NCBI GenBank assembly: GCA_963790115.1
Contig: CAWBNF010000001.1
Coordinates: 3,446,436 to 3,510,435 of the forward strand
Source of the DNA: an uncultured Gemmatimonadaceae bacterium
GTDB taxonomy: Bacteria > Gemmatimonadota > Gemmatimonadetes > Longimicrobiales > Gaopeijiaceae
DNA: 64,000 nucleotides
Reading direction: 5' to 3'
How positions within the stretch are numbered: position 1 is the first letter of the stretch; each line of letters begins with the position of its first letter. A program made the position numbers and the translations under genes. This document shows positions 49,205 to 60,869 of this stretch, one piece after another. The notes beneath the pieces are model-generated. The model saw only the letters and a list, made by a program, of their open reading frames with translations. It was not told the origin of the DNA and did not search any database.

Positions 49205-52054
49205 ATGGACGACGCCATCCGCATCCGGGGGGCCCGGCAGCACAACCTGAAAGGCTTCGACCTGGATTTGCCCAGGCGGCGCCTGACGGTGATCACGGGG
49301 CCGTCGGGTTCGGGCAAGAGCTCGCTCGCGCTCGACACGCTCTTCGCCGAAGGGCAGCGGCGCTACATCGAGTCGCTCTCGACGTACGCGAAGCAGTTCC
49401 TGGAGCGGATGGAGAAGCCGGACGTCGACTCGGTCGAGGGGATCTCGCCCGCGGTCGCGATCGAGCAGAAGAATCCGACCAAGTCGAGCCGCTCCACCGT
49501 CGGCACCGCCACGGAGGTCTACGACTACCTGCGGCTGCTCTGGTCGCGCGTGGGCCACACGCACTGTCCGGAATGCGGGCGGCGCGTGCAGCCGGACACC
49601 GTCACGTCGGCCGTCGATCGCGTGCTCGAGCTGCCGGCGGGCACCCGGATCCAGGTGACGTTTCCGCTTCCCCGGAGCGGACGGGTCACCCACGAGCTGG
49701 TGGTCTCCAACCTGCGCGCGATGGGCTTCGTGCGGGCCCTGGCCGACGGCGAGACGGTCGATCTCTCGGGGCCCGGACGCGGACACGCCGGAAGGGCTCG
49801 GCGTCGACCTGACGCACGTCGGGGATCTGCTCGTGATCGTCGACAGGCTCAAGGTGGATCCGGCCACGCGAGACCGGCTCGCCGACTCTCTGGGGACGTG
49901 CTTCGTCGAGGGAGACGGCGAGGCGGCGGTGGTCGCGGCCGCCGTGCGGTGAGGGCGTGCCCGGCCGGCTGCGCTTCACCGAGCGCTTCCGCTGCCCGGA
50001 GCACCCCGAGATCGCGTTCCTCGATCCGCGCCCGCAGCTCTTCTCGTTCAACAACCCTTACGGGACGTGCAAGCTCTGCACGGGCTTCGGTGCAACGCTC
50101 GACTACGACCCCGAGCTCATCGTCCCGAACCCGAGCGCGTCGCTCGCCGACGGCGCGGTCGACCCGTGGACCAAGCCCCGCTACCGGCGCGAGCGCGAGA
50201 AGCTCAAGAGCGTTCGCGCAGGAGAAGAAGGTCTCGCTCTACGACCCGTGGGAGGCGCTGCCCGAGAAGTTCCGGGAGGGGGTGCTGTACGGAGCGAAGG
50301 GATTCAAGGGCGTGATCCCGTTCCTCGTCTCGCGCGAGCCCAAGCGGTACAAGCAGTACATCCGCGTCTTCCTGCGTCAGTACCAGAGCCCCACGGTCTG
50401 CCGCGAGTGCGGCGGCGCGCGCATCCGTCCCGAGGCGCTCTGGGTGAAGGTCGGCGGACGCACGATCGCGGAGGTGTCGGAGCTCCCGCTCGAGGAGCTC
50501 CAGCCGTGGGTCGACGGCCTCGAGCTCACGCCGATGGAGGAACAGATCGCCGAGACGCTCCTGCGGGAGCTGCGGTCGCGGGTGGGCTTTCTCGTGGACG
50601 TGGGGCTCGGCTACCTGTCGCTGAGCCGGCAGATGCGCACGCTATCGGGCGGGGAGGCGCAGCGCATCAAGCCTCGCGAACTCGCTCGGGTGCGTCGCTC
50701 GTCGACACGCTGTACGTGCTGGACGAGCCCACCGTGGGGCTGCACCCGCAAGGACACCGGTGCGCTCCTCTCCCTCCTCACCAAGCTCCGCTCCGCGGGA
50801 AACACCGTCGTCGTGGTCGAGCACGACCCGCAGGCGATCGCGACGGCGGACCACGTCGTGGAGCTCGGTCCTGCCTCGGGCGAGCACGGCGGCGAGGTCG
50901 TCTTCGAGGGAACGCCGGAGGCACTCGAGTCGGTCGACACCGCGACGGGGCGCTACCTGGCAGGCCGGAGCGCCACGCTTCGAGCCCCGGCAGGGGCCGA
51001 GACGTCGACGGGCACTCGCCTGACCCTCCGGGGGGCGCGTCAGCACAACCTGCAAGGGATCGACGTGGAGATCCCGCTCGGGACGCTCACGGTGGTCACC
51101 GGCGTGTCCGGCTCGGGAAAGTCGACGCTGGTGCACGACGTGCTCTACCGCGCCGCCGAGCGGGAGCTGGGCGGCCAGACCACCGCCAAGGAGCACCTGG
51201 GCGAGGCGGTCGGGGAGTACGAGGCGCTGGAGGGGCTCTCGCACCTCGAGGAGGTCGTGCTCGTCGATCAGTCGCCGATCGGCCGCACGCCGCGCTCGAA
51301 CCCGGTCACGTACATCAAGGCGTGGGACGAGGTGCGGAAGATCTTCGCGGACCAGCCCCTCGCGCAGCGAGCGCGGGTACGGGCCCGGGCCACTTCAGCT
51401 TCAACGTCGCGGGCGGGCGCTGCGAGGAGTGCAAGGGCGCGGGCCAGGTCGAGATCGAGATGATCTTCATGGCCGACGTCTTCGTGCCGTGCGACGCGTG
51501 CGGCGGCAGGCGCTACCAGCCGCGACGTGCTCGACGTGAAGGTGCGCGGGAAGAACATCGCGGAGGTCCTGGACCTCACCGTCGACGAGGCGATCCGCTT
51601 CTTCATCCGGGAGCGGAAGCTCGGCCGGACGCTCTGGCACCTGCAGCAGGTCGGGCTCGGCTACCTGCGGCTCGGTCAGCCCGCGCCGACGCTCTCGGGC
51701 GGCGAGTCGCAGCGCCTCAAGATCGCGCGGGAGCTCGCGAGCGCGGCCGGCAAGAAGGGCCGCAAGCTCTACATCCTCGACGAGCCCACGACGGGGCTCT
51801 CCGGCGAGGACGTGGAGAAGCTGCTCGACGTTCTCGACCGCCTGGTGGACGCGGGCAACACGGTGCTCGTCATCGAGCACAACCTGGACGTGATCAAGGT
51901 CGCCGACTGGGTGATCGACCTGGGGCCGGGAGCGGGGCATCGGGGCGGCGAGATCGTGGCGATGGGCCGCCCGGAGACGGTGGCGAGCGTGCCGGAGAGC
52001 GCGACCGGCCGCTATCTGGCGGAGCTCTTCAGCGGCGCGGCTGCGAAGGTCTGA
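49205..52054 (+). pseudogene. uvrA: Excinuclease ABC subunit A, many frameshifts (about 8-9)
   Basis: The pieces alternate among ORFs 49205..51463, 49957..52617 and 51527..52054: [70 protein letters not shown]. Two single-base insertions are resolvable at ~50676 and ~50694. Confidence 0.92.
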
Positions 52055-52070
52055 GGTCCAGCGCCGCGGC

Positions 52071-53087
52071 GTGCCCGTCCCCGAGAGTCTCCGTTCTGCT
52101 GCCCGTCCGTGACGGCGAGGCCGGCACCTCGCCGAGGCGATCGGCGTCGCTCGAGGCCCAGACCCTCCAGGACTTCGAGGTCCTCGCCGTCGACGACGGC
52201 TCGTCGGACGCCACCCCGGCCCTGCTCGCCGAGTGGGCCGCCCGCGACGCCCGCGTCCGCCTGATCCGGCAGCCCGCCTCGGGCATCGTGGCCGCCCTCG
52301 AGCGAGCCCGCGTCCGCGGCGCGGGCCCCCTACCTGGCCCGCATGGACGCCGACGACGTCTGCGAGCCGCCGCGGCTCGCCGCCCAGCTCGCCCTCATGG
52401 ACGCCGACCCGACGCTGGCCGCGTGCGGGTGCGGCGTGAGCTACTTCCCCGGGCGGCGGGTGCGGGCCGGCGCTCGGCGCTACGAGTCGTGGCTGAACGC
52501 GCCGGTCGCGCCCGACGAGATCGCGCGGGAGATCTTCGTCGAGTGCCCGCTCGCGCATCCCGACGTTCTTCCTGCGGCGGGCGGCGGTGGACGCCGTCGG
52601 CGGCTACGGGGACGTAGGCTGGCCGGAGGACTACGACCTCCTGCTGCGCCTGTGGGGGGCCGGAGGCCGCTTCGGCAAGGTGCCGGAGCGCTGCTCCGTT
52701 GGCGGGAGGGCCCGGAGCGGCTGTCCCGCACCGCATCCGCGCTACGCGCCCGAGGCGTTCCTGGCCTGCAAGGTCCACCACCTCGGACGGACCCTGCTTC
52801 GAGACCGCGTCGGCGTGGTCGTCTGGGGCGCGGGCCCGGTCGGAAAGGCCGCCGCTCGGGCGCTGCTGGCCTCCGGCACGCGCGTTCTCGCCTTCGTCGA
52901 GGTCGACCCCCGCAAGATCGGGCAGGAGATCCACGCGGCGCCCGTCCTGGACCCCGAGGCCGGCCTCCGGATCGGCGGCGCGCTCCACCTTGCGGCGGTC
53001 GGACAGCCGGGCGCGAGGGACCGACTGAGGAAGACCCTCGCGGGCGCCGGGCTCGAGGAGCTGGCGGACTTCGTCGCCATCGCCTGA
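52071..53087 (+). pseudogene. Family 2 glycosyltransferase with a C-terminal Rossmann-like extension, several frameshifts
   Basis: [11 protein letters not shown]...[20 protein letters not shown] (ORF 49957..52617 tail), RMDADDV (ORF 52343..53134), [17 protein letters not shown]...VVVWGAGPVGKAAA (ORF 52587..53087). The start at GTG 52071 is tentative. Confidence 0.7.
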
Positions 53088-53333
53088 AAGTCGTTGTCCG
53101 AAGCGGCTTTTCCGGGGTTCAACCGGGGGGCTGATATGGTTATTTTTTCAGGTGTCCAAAACCCCTCCAGAACGCGCCCGCGCGGCATCCCCGCAGATCC
53201 TCCGGTGTCACCGCACGAGGACATGCCCGCGCGCCCCGTGGAGGCGACGGCACGGCTCCCCCGAACGACGGCCGTGACGCTCTTGGCCGGTCAATGAGCG
53301 GCCGGAACCCAACTCGATCGCGAGGACGCAGGA

Positions 53334-55880
53334 ATGAGTGACGAGCTCGAGCTCCCAGGCGGCGAGCGGAGGCGGCCAGAAGGTCCTGGCCCGCCTGCTC
53401 GAAGACGAGATGCGCGAGTCGTTCATCGACTACTCGATGAGCGTCATCGTGCAGCGGGCCCTCCCCGACGTCCGGGACGGCCTGAAGCCGGTTCACCGGC
53501 GGATCCTCTACGCGATGATGGAGGCCGGCCTCAGCCCGGGACGGGCCTACAAGAAGAGCGCGACGGTGGTCGGTGACGTGCTCGGCAAGTACCACCCGCA
53601 CGGCGACATCGCGGTCTACGACTCGATGGTGCGCATGGTGCAGAGCTTCTCGCTGCGCTACCCGCTCGTCGACGGACAGGGGAACTTCGGCTCGGTCGAC
53701 GGCGACCCGGCGGCCGCGTACCGGTACACCGAGGCGAGGCTGACCAACCTCGCGATGGAGCTGCTCGCCGACATCGACAAGGAGACCGTCAACTTCATGC
53801 CCAACTTCGACGGGAGTCGTCGACGAGCCGACCGTCCTTCCGTCGAAGGCGCCGAACCTGCTCATCAACGGCTCGTCGGGCATCGCCGTCGGCATGGCGA
53901 CGAACATTCCGCCACACAACCTCCGCGAGGTGGTCGATGCCACGGTCGCACTGATCGACGATCCCCGCCTCCCACAGGAGGAGCTCGAGGCGATCGTGCG
54001 AGGGCCGGACTTTCCGACCGGCGGCTTCGTCTGCGGCACGGAGGGGATCCGCGACGCGTACCGCACCGGCCGCGGCAGGATCGTCATGCGCGCCCGGGCC
54101 GAGATCGAGAGCGTGGACGCGAACTCCGAGCGGATCGTCGTGACCGAGATCCCGTTCATGGTGAACAAGTCGCGCCTCATCGAGCAGATCGCCCAGCTCG
54201 TGCGGGACAAGAAGCTCACCGACATCCGCGACATGCGAGACGAGTCGGACCGCGACGGCATGCGCATCGTGATCGAGCTCAAGCGCGACGCGGTGCCGGA
54301 GATCGTGCTGAACCGGCTGTACAAGCACACGCAGATGCAGTCGACGTTCGGCACGATCCTGCTGGCGCTGGTCGACGGCCAGCCGCAGATCATGTCGCTG
54401 CGGGAGATCATCCAGCACTTCATCGATCACCGTCTGGTGGTGATCGTGCGGCGCTCGGAGTACGACCTCGAGAAGGCGCTCGAGCGGGAGCACATCCTCG
54501 AGGGCCTCAAGATCGCCGTCGACAACATCGACGAGGTCATCAAGATCATCCGCGGCTCGGCGGACACGGACGCCGCGTCCCTGGAGCTGCAGGAGACCTT
54601 CGAGCTCACCGAGCGCCAGGCGAAGGCGATCCTGGACATGCGGCTCGCCCGCCTCACCGGCCTCGAGATCGACAAGCTGGAGGAGGAGCTCGACCAGGTC
54701 CGCGCGCTCATCGCCGAGCTGCGCCGGATCCTGGCCTCCGAGGAAGTCCGCATGGGCATCCTCAAGGACGAGCTGCGGGAGATCGCCGACAAGTACGGCG
54801 ACGATCGGCGCACGGAGATCACCGCCGCCGCGGGCGACTTCGACGTCGAGGACCTGATCGTCGAAGAGGACATGGTCGTCACGGTCTCGCACCAGGGATA
54901 CGTCAAGCGCCTGTCCATCGACACCTACCGCGCCCAGCGCCGGGGCGGTCGCGGGCTCCGCGGGATGGACACGAAGGAGGAGGACTGGGTCGAGCACCTC
55001 TTCGTGGCCTCGACGCACGACTACCTGATGATCTTCACCCGCCGCGGGCAGTGCTACTGGAAGAAGGTCTGGGAGCTGCCGGTCAGCGGGCGGGCGTCGC
55101 GCGGCAAGCCGATCGTGAACCTGCTCAACGTGTCCGACGACGAGCAGATCGCGGCGGTGGTCCCGATCCGCGAGTTCGACGACGACCACTACCTGCTCTT
55201 CGGAACCCGGCGCGGCGTGGTCAAGAAGACCGTGCTCTCGGCGTACGGCAACGTTCGCAACGTCGGGCTCAACGCGATCAACATCCGCGAGGACGACGAG
55301 CTCATCGACGTCCAGATCACGTCGGGCGACGACGAGATCATCCTCGCCAGCCGAGGCGGCATGGCGATCCGGTTCCACGAGTCGGACGTCCGGCCCATGG
55401 GGCGCGCCGCCGAGGGGGTGCGGGGGCTGCGCCTGAAGGGCGACGACATCGTCGTGGGAATGGTCGTCGTGCGGCCGGACTCCACGCTCCTCGTCGTGTC
55501 CGAGAACGGACAGGGCAAGCGCACCGAGGTCGACGCCTACCGGCTCCAGAAGCGGGGCGGATACGGCGTCATCAATCTCAAGACCACGGCCAAGACCGGC
55601 CAGGTCGTCGCGGTCAAGTCGGTCACCGAGGACGATCAGCTGATGGTGATCACCCGAGCCGGGGTGGTGAACCGACAGCGGGTGTCCGAGATCTCCGTGA
55701 TCGGGCGCGCCACGCAGGGCGTGCGAGCTCGTCAATCTGGACGAGGGCGACACCGTCGTGGACGTGGCGCGCGTCGTGACCGAGGAGGAAGAGGAGGCCG
55801 GCGAGGTCGCGGAGGTCGGAGAGGTCGAAGAGGGCGATGCCGAGGCCGTCGAGCCCGTGGAGGGCGGAGCGCCGGAGTGA
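53334..55880 (+). pseudogene. gyrA: DNA gyrase subunit A, two or three frameshifts
   Basis: ORF 53338..55779 holds the N-terminal part ([26 protein letters not shown], active-site [11 protein letters not shown]). After a +1 shift near 53815 comes ORF 53894..56851 ([14 protein letters not shown]...). A further +1 shift near 55727 leads to an acidic tail ending at TGA 55878-80. The start is ATG 53334 or GTG 53338. Confidence 0.92.
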
Positions 55881-56851
55881 GCCGGCCGGTTCAGGGAGAG
55901 GGCCTCGTCGGGCTGCCGGAGATCGAGTCCGCGGCACGTCGCCTGGCGGGCATCGCGATCCCGACGCCGCTCATCTATGCCGACTCCGTCGCGGAGGCCG
56001 TCGACGCCAAGGTGCGCATCAAGTGCGAGAGCCTGCAGCGCGCCGGGTCGTTCAAGATCCGTGGGGCCCACAACTTCGTTTCGCAGCTCTCGGACGACCA
56101 GGCCGCGAACGGCATCGTCACGTACTCGTCGGGCAATCACGGGCAGGCGGTCGCGCTCGCCGGCAAGCTTCGCGGCGTGCGGGTGATCGTCGTCATGCCC
56201 ACGACCGCCCCGAAGGTGAAGCGCGACGGCGCCGCGCGCCTGGGTGCCGAGCTCGTCTTCGAGGGGACGACGTCCGTGGAGAGGAAGGCCCGCGCCGAGG
56301 AGATCGCGGAAGAGGAGGGGGCGGTCGTCGTGCCGCCCTTCGACCATCGCCACATCATCGCGGGGCAGGGCACCGTCGGGCTCGAGATCGCCCGGGACTG
56401 GCCGGACGTGGACGTCGTGCTGGTGCCGATCGGGGGCGGCGGCCTGGCAAGCGGGGTCGCGGCCGCCGTGAAGCGCCTCGTGCCCGCCGCCAAGGTGATC
56501 GGCGTCGAGCCGGAGGGTGCGGCCTCCATGCGTCTCGCGCTCGACAACGGGGCGCCGACGCTGCTCGGCGAGACCAGCACGATCGCCGATGGGCTCGCGC
56601 CCGTGATGGTCAGCCAGCTCACGTTCGAGCACGCCCGGGATCTGATGGACGACGTGGTGCTGGTCGACGACGACGCGATCCGAGCGGCGACGCGTCAGCT
56701 GGTCGAGCGGCAGAAGCTGATCGTGGAGTACAGCGGTGCCGCGACCACCGCGGCCGTGCTCTCGGGGAAGGTGGCCGTCGAAGGCCTCCGGGTCGCTGTC
56801 GTGGTGAGCGGAGGCAACCTCGACCCGTCGCTCCTCCTCGAGCTCCTCTGA
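55877..56851 (+). CDS. Threonine ammonia-lyase / serine dehydratase-like PLP enzyme (short form)
   Basis: GTG 55877 overlaps the gyrA stop (GTGA). It is the tail of ORF 53894..56851: TPLIYA...[14 protein letters not shown] (PLP lysine), [20 protein letters not shown]. Confidence 0.82.
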   Translation: MSRPVQGEGLVGLPEIESAARRLAGIAIPTPLIYADSVAEAVDAKVRIKCESLQRAGSFKIRGAHNFVSQLSDDQAANGIVTYSSGNHGQAVALAGKLRGVRVIVVMPTTAPKVKRDGAARLGAELVFEGTTSVERKARAEEIAEEEGAVVVPPFDHRHIIAGQGTVGLEIARDWPDVDVVLVPIGGGGLASGVAAAVKRLVPAAKVIGVEPEGAASMRLALDNGAPTLLGETSTIADGLAPVMVSQLTFEHARDLMDDVVLVDDDAIRAATRQLVERQKLIVEYSGAATTAAVLSGKVAVEGLRVAVVVSGGNLDPSLLLELL

Positions 56852-56869
56852 CGGCTGGAGCGCGCGACC

Positions 56870-57553
56870 GTGCGGCGGCTGATCCTCTTCGACATCGACG
56901 GCACATTGGTCTCCGGAGGGCCGGCCAAGTCCGCGTTCGAGGCCGCGATGATGGAGACGTTCGGCACCACGGGCGACGTGGCCGGGGTGAGCTTCGCGGG
57001 CAAGACCGACCCGCAGATCGCGCGGGAGCTCCTGTCCGGCGCGGGCCTCACGCACGAGGCGATCGATGCGGGGCTTTCCGCGCTGTGGATGCGCTACCTG
57101 GTCCACCTCGAGACGGGGCTGCGCACGCGCCCCGTGACCGTGCTGCCGGGCGTGCCGGAGCTGTTGGACGCGCTCGCGCTGGTGGAGGGCGTCGCGCTCG
57201 GGCTCCTCACGGGCAACATCGCCGACGGCGCCAGGCTCAAGCTGGCCTCCGCCGGGCTGTGGGGGCGGTTCGGGATCGGCGGGTTCGGGTCGGACCACGA
57301 GGTGAGGGACCATCTGCCCGCGATCGCCCTCGAGCGGGCGAGGCTCCACTGGGGACATCCCCTACGCCCCGAAGACACGATCGTCGTCGGGGACACCCCC
57401 AGGGACGTGGGATGCGGGCGCGCGGGAGGGACGCGGACGCTCGCCGTGGCGACGGGCCACTTCAGCGCCGCTGACCTCGAGAAGGCGGGTGCCGACCACG
57501 TTCTGGACGACCTGGCGGCTACCGAGCGGGCGTTGGAGCTCCTGACCGGGTGA
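56870..57553 (+). CDS. HAD-superfamily hydrolase (phosphoglycolate phosphatase-like)
   Basis: ORF 56870..57553 has motif I (LILFDIDGTLV), motif II (LLTGN) and motif IV (VVGDTPRDV). Confidence 0.8.
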   Translation: MRRLILFDIDGTLVSGGPAKSAFEAAMMETFGTTGDVAGVSFAGKTDPQIARELLSGAGLTHEAIDAGLSALWMRYLVHLETGLRTRPVTVLPGVPELLDALALVEGVALGLLTGNIADGARLKLASAGLWGRFGIGGFGSDHEVRDHLPAIALERARLHWGHPLRPEDTIVVGDTPRDVGCGRAGGTRTLAVATGHFSAADLEKAGADHVLDDLAATERALELLTG

Positions 57554-57742
57554 CGGGCGCCGCGCGCACGCTCGCTTGATCGGTCAGCGCCTACGGAACA
57601 TTTTGCACCGCTCAGGCGTCTCCACAGCGGGGTCGCCGGGGTGTGTGGCCACTGCAGTTCATGCGAAGGGACCGTCGGGTCCGGGGAGTCGAGAGTGTCC
57701 AGAGGCGAGCAGCGCAGGCAGGCCCGCGAGGGCGGCTCGGAT

Positions 57743-58444
57743 ATGAGGAAGCTCTACATGCTGTTGGCCGGCATCGCGGTCATCGGCATCGGAGCGGTCG
57801 GCTACTCGGTCGGCACGTCGCGCGGTGGCCAGGCCGTGTCGGCGCCCGTGGCGCTCGACGGGATGGAGGATCTGGAGAAGCTGGTCGCGCTGGCCCAGGG
57901 TATCACGAAGGGAGAGGAGTCGGCGCCGATCACGATCATCGAGTTCGGCGACTACCAGTGCCCCGGCTGTGGCGCGTTCGCGACCCAGGTGGAGCCCCAG
58001 ATCGACCTCACGTTCGTCACCCCGGGGGACGCCAAGTTCGTGTTCTACGACTGGCCCATCACGACCCTCCACCAGCACGCCTTTCTCGCGGCGCGCGCCG
58101 CGCGGTGCGCGGGGGATCAGGGGAAGTACTGGGACTACCACGACATGCTCTACCGCGAGCAGGCGCGCTGGTCCGTCCTGCCCGACGCGATCGACACCTT
58201 CGTCAGCTACGCCAAGACGCTGGGGCTCGACGAAGGGGCGTTCGCGTCCTGCGTGAACAGCGACAAGTTCGCCGACGTGGTCACGGCGAACATGGAGCTC
58301 GGCGAGCAGCTCGGCGTGAACGGAACGCCCACGATCCTCATCGAGGAGAACGGCGCGGTGCGCCGCGTGGGCGCCGACATGCAGTCGATCCAATCGTACA
58401 TGAAGACGCTGGAGGGAGAGGGCGAGGGCTCGGACGGCGCGTAG
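57743..58444 (+). CDS. DsbA-family thiol:disulfide oxidoreductase, membrane-anchored
   Basis: ATG 57743 inside ORF 57641..58444. It has an N-terminal TM segment, FGDYQCPGCGAF (CPGC active site), and VNGTPT. Confidence 0.82.
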   Translation: MRKLYMLLAGIAVIGIGAVGYSVGTSRGGQAVSAPVALDGMEDLEKLVALAQGITKGEESAPITIIEFGDYQCPGCGAFATQVEPQIDLTFVTPGDAKFVFYDWPITTLHQHAFLAARAARCAGDQGKYWDYHDMLYREQARWSVLPDAIDTFVSYAKTLGLDEGAFASCVNSDKFADVVTANMELGEQLGVNGTPTILIEENGAVRRVGADMQSIQSYMKTLEGEGEGSDGA

Positions 58445-58465
58445 CCGCCGCTCTCATCCCGGCGC

Positions 58466-58954
58466 ATGACTGAAACCGAGCAGACGGTGTCGGACGAAAC
58501 ACCCTCCGGCACCGAGGCCGGCGGCCCGCCGATGAGCCGCATGACGGTCAGCGTCCTCTCGCTCGTCGGGTTCTTCGACGCGCTCTATCTGTGGGCGCAC
58601 AACGCGGGGCTCATGGGGCCGATCGTATGCGGCCTGGGTGACTGCGAGGCGGTTCAGTCGAGCGTGTACTCGAAGCTCGGCCCGATCCCCGTGTCGGCCC
58701 TCGGAGTCGCCGGGTACGTCGCGCTGCTCGTGCTGGCCCTGGTGGGCGTCCAGCCGGCGCAGCGGCGGTCGCGCCTGATCGGGGGGCTGCTCCTGGCCTG
58801 TGCGACGGTGGGCGTGGCGTTCTCCGGATACCTCACGTACCTGGAGGCCAGGGTCATCCACGCCTGGTGCCAGTACTGCGTGGCGTCCGCGATCATCATG
58901 ACCTTGATCTTCCTCACCACCCTGGCCGAGATCCCTCGGCTCAAGCGCACATGA
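58466..58954 (+). CDS. Vitamin K epoxide reductase (VKOR) family protein
   Basis: ORF 58466..58954 has four hydrophobic segments, loop cysteines VCGLGDC, and CQYC in the last TM segment. It is adjacent to the DsbA-like gene. Confidence 0.8.
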   Translation: MTETEQTVSDETPSGTEAGGPPMSRMTVSVLSLVGFFDALYLWAHNAGLMGPIVCGLGDCEAVQSSVYSKLGPIPVSALGVAGYVALLVLALVGVQPAQRRSRLIGGLLLACATVGVAFSGYLTYLEARVIHAWCQYCVASAIIMTLIFLTTLAEIPRLKRT

Positions 58955-59151
58955 GCGATGAAGGAGTGAACGTCCGGCTGGTCTTCGTCGACCGCGGGGC
59001 CTACCACGTCGTGGACGTGGCGCTTCCGAGCGCGTCCGTGGACGCGTACGACCGCCTGATCGACTGCGTGCGCGAGGACCCGGTGGTCCTCAAGCAGCTC
59101 CACGTGGACGTGGAGCGGCTCTGTGCGGCCTACGTGGTGAAGGCCAGCTAG
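58951..59151 (+). CDS. Small hypothetical protein (66 aa)
   Basis: ATG 58951 overlaps the VKOR stop (ATGA): MSDEGVNVRLVFVDRGAYHVVDVALPSASVDAYDRLIDCVRED... I recognise no family. Confidence 0.45.
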   Translation: MSDEGVNVRLVFVDRGAYHVVDVALPSASVDAYDRLIDCVREDPVVLKQLHVDVERLCAAYVVKAS

Positions 59152-59691
59152 CGAGACGCTTCCTGCTCGGCGACGATCCGCTCGAGCGTCCACTCCCGTA
59201 CGACCGCCGGGGGCCAGCCTCCGGCCTCGGCCCTCCGCAGCAGCGAGCGCGCCTCCTCACGAGCCCTGTGCTGCGGTCTCCACGTCGATGTGCGCGTGCT
59301 CGAGCGCTTCTTCCAGCTCGTCCTCGTCGAGCAGCTCGGGCCGCCTCCGGCCGGCAGCCAGACGTCGAGGAAGAGGTCCGTCGTGTGCCACACGCTCCCG
59401 TCGATGCGCGGGGGCGTGAGGATGTTGGCGTAGATCCCGTGAACGTCCCGTCGGCGCGGTGGAAGCGACCGATGTCGTGCCACGCGCCTGGGAAGGTGAA
59501 CCAGACGACGCGCGATCCGGACTCGAGCATCACGCGGCCGTCCGCGCTCCGCATCGGGGCCCGGGAGCGTCAGCGGATCGGTGAGCGTCACGATCACGTC
59601 GTCGCGCTCGAGCACGACCCGCTGATCGAAGATCTGCTCGTTGTCGGGGAGGCGCCGGTAGTGGATCCTGACCCGGTCGCCGCGCGCTCAC
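59148..59691 (-). pseudogene. DUF402 (FomD-like nucleoside-diphosphatase) family protein, frameshifted
   Basis: The pieces are in ORFs 59148..59615 and 59090..59554: RVRIHYRRLPDNEQIF, WFTFPGAWHDIGRFH..DG.FTG, IYANILTPP...WHTTDLFLDVWL. The GTG 59691 start is tentative. Confidence 0.65.
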
Positions 59692-60037
59692 TCTCCGCGT
59701 CGGCCGACCTCGGCGACACGGGCTCCACGAAGACGTCCATGACGCCGCCGCACACGGCGGGACTCCACGAGAGCAGGTCGTCCGTGAGGTCGACGCGCAC
59801 CCGCTCGGGCCGCCCGCTGTCGAGGACGCGTGCGCGGACTCGATGACCTCGGCCTCGCCGCAGCCCCCGCCGACGGTTCCCACGAGGCCCGTTTCCGGGT
59901 CGACGAGCATGCGCGCGCCCACCTTCCGGGGCGTCGAGCCCTTGGTGGCGACGATCGTCGCGAGCACGCAGCGGCGGCCCGCGTCGCGGGCCGCCACCAG
60001 CGCCTCGCTCGAGCGTGCGGTCGTCCTCGTGGGTCAC
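59689..60037 (-). pseudogene. XdhC/CoxI N-terminal-domain protein, frameshifted
   Basis: GTG 60037 overlaps the upstream stop. ARDAGRRCVLATIVATKGSTPRKVGARMLVDPETGLVGTVGGGCGEAEVI is in ORF 59530..59997. RPERVRVDLTDD...VCGGVMDVFVEP is in ORF 59594..60868. Confidence 0.7.
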
Positions 60038-60868
60038 TGTCTTCTCCTCCACGGCTTCCCGGCGAAGAACCGCTCGGCGACCCGCTCCACGTCCTTGAGC
60101 GGCAGGCCCGTCCCGCCGCGCTGACCATGACGAGCTCGGCCGCGACGGCCACCGCGATCTCCTCGGGCGTCTCCGGCGCCGACGTCGAGCCCCACCGGCG
60201 CGTGGATGCGCTCGATCAGCTCCCGGTCGATCCCCTCCTCGACGAGCTGCACGTAGGTCGCCCGCACCCGTCTCCGGCTCCCGATCATACCGATGTAGGC
60301 CGGCGGCGGGTCCGTGCGCAGCGCGCGCAGAGGACACTCGTAGTCGTACTTGTGTCCGCGGGTCACGAGCAGGATGTGCGAGCGCTCGTGAATGGGCACG
60401 TCGGCGAACGGATCGCGAGAAGTCGGCCCGGATGAGCCGGTCCGCGTCGGGAAATCGCTCCCGCGTGGCGAAGTCCGGCCGGTCGTCGAGCACCGTGACC
60501 CGGAAGCCGAGGAGGGCGCCGAGGTGGGCCATCGGCTGGGCCACGTGGCCGGCACCGACCACGACCAGCTCCTGGACGGGCCGGCGGAGCTCCAGATAGA
60601 GCTCGACGGCTCCGCCCGTCGACCGAGACGGTCCGGCAGCCCGTCCCGGGCGCGCGGGTCGGCCATGGCCTCGCGCATCGACGTCGCGCGCCGCCGCGTC
60701 CAGCGCCGGCGAGCCGAGGCCGCCCGTGCTCGGCTCGTGTCGCCGCTCGCCGAGCGCGTCGAGGGCGAGCCGCCGCCCGCCGAGCTCCGGCAGGTCCCCA
60801 CCGACCACGACGACCGCGGCGGCGGTGCCGCCCTCTTCGGCGGTCGCGAGCAGGAGCTCGGCCGACAT
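60034..60868 (-). pseudogene. XdhC Rossmann-domain (XdhC_C) protein, frameshifted
   Basis: ELVVVGAGHVAQPMAHLGALLGFRVTVLDDRPDF is in ORF 59594..60868. ILLVTRGHKYDYECL..YIGMIGSRRRV...IHAPVGLDVGA is in ORF 60034..61296. Confidence 0.7.
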
Positions 60869-60869
60869 C

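Noticed and set aside
53795-57358. Very long antisense or alternative-frame ORFs in the track, for example 53795..57358 - (1187 aa), 795..2012 -, 17630..19018 +, 23046..25244 +, 38585..39223 +, and the N-terminal 660 codons of 4785..7346 -
   Set aside because: They overlap genes with clear homology on the other strand or in another frame. They are Arg/Gly/Pro/Ala-rich with no motifs. These are typical stop-poor shadow ORFs of high-GC DNA.
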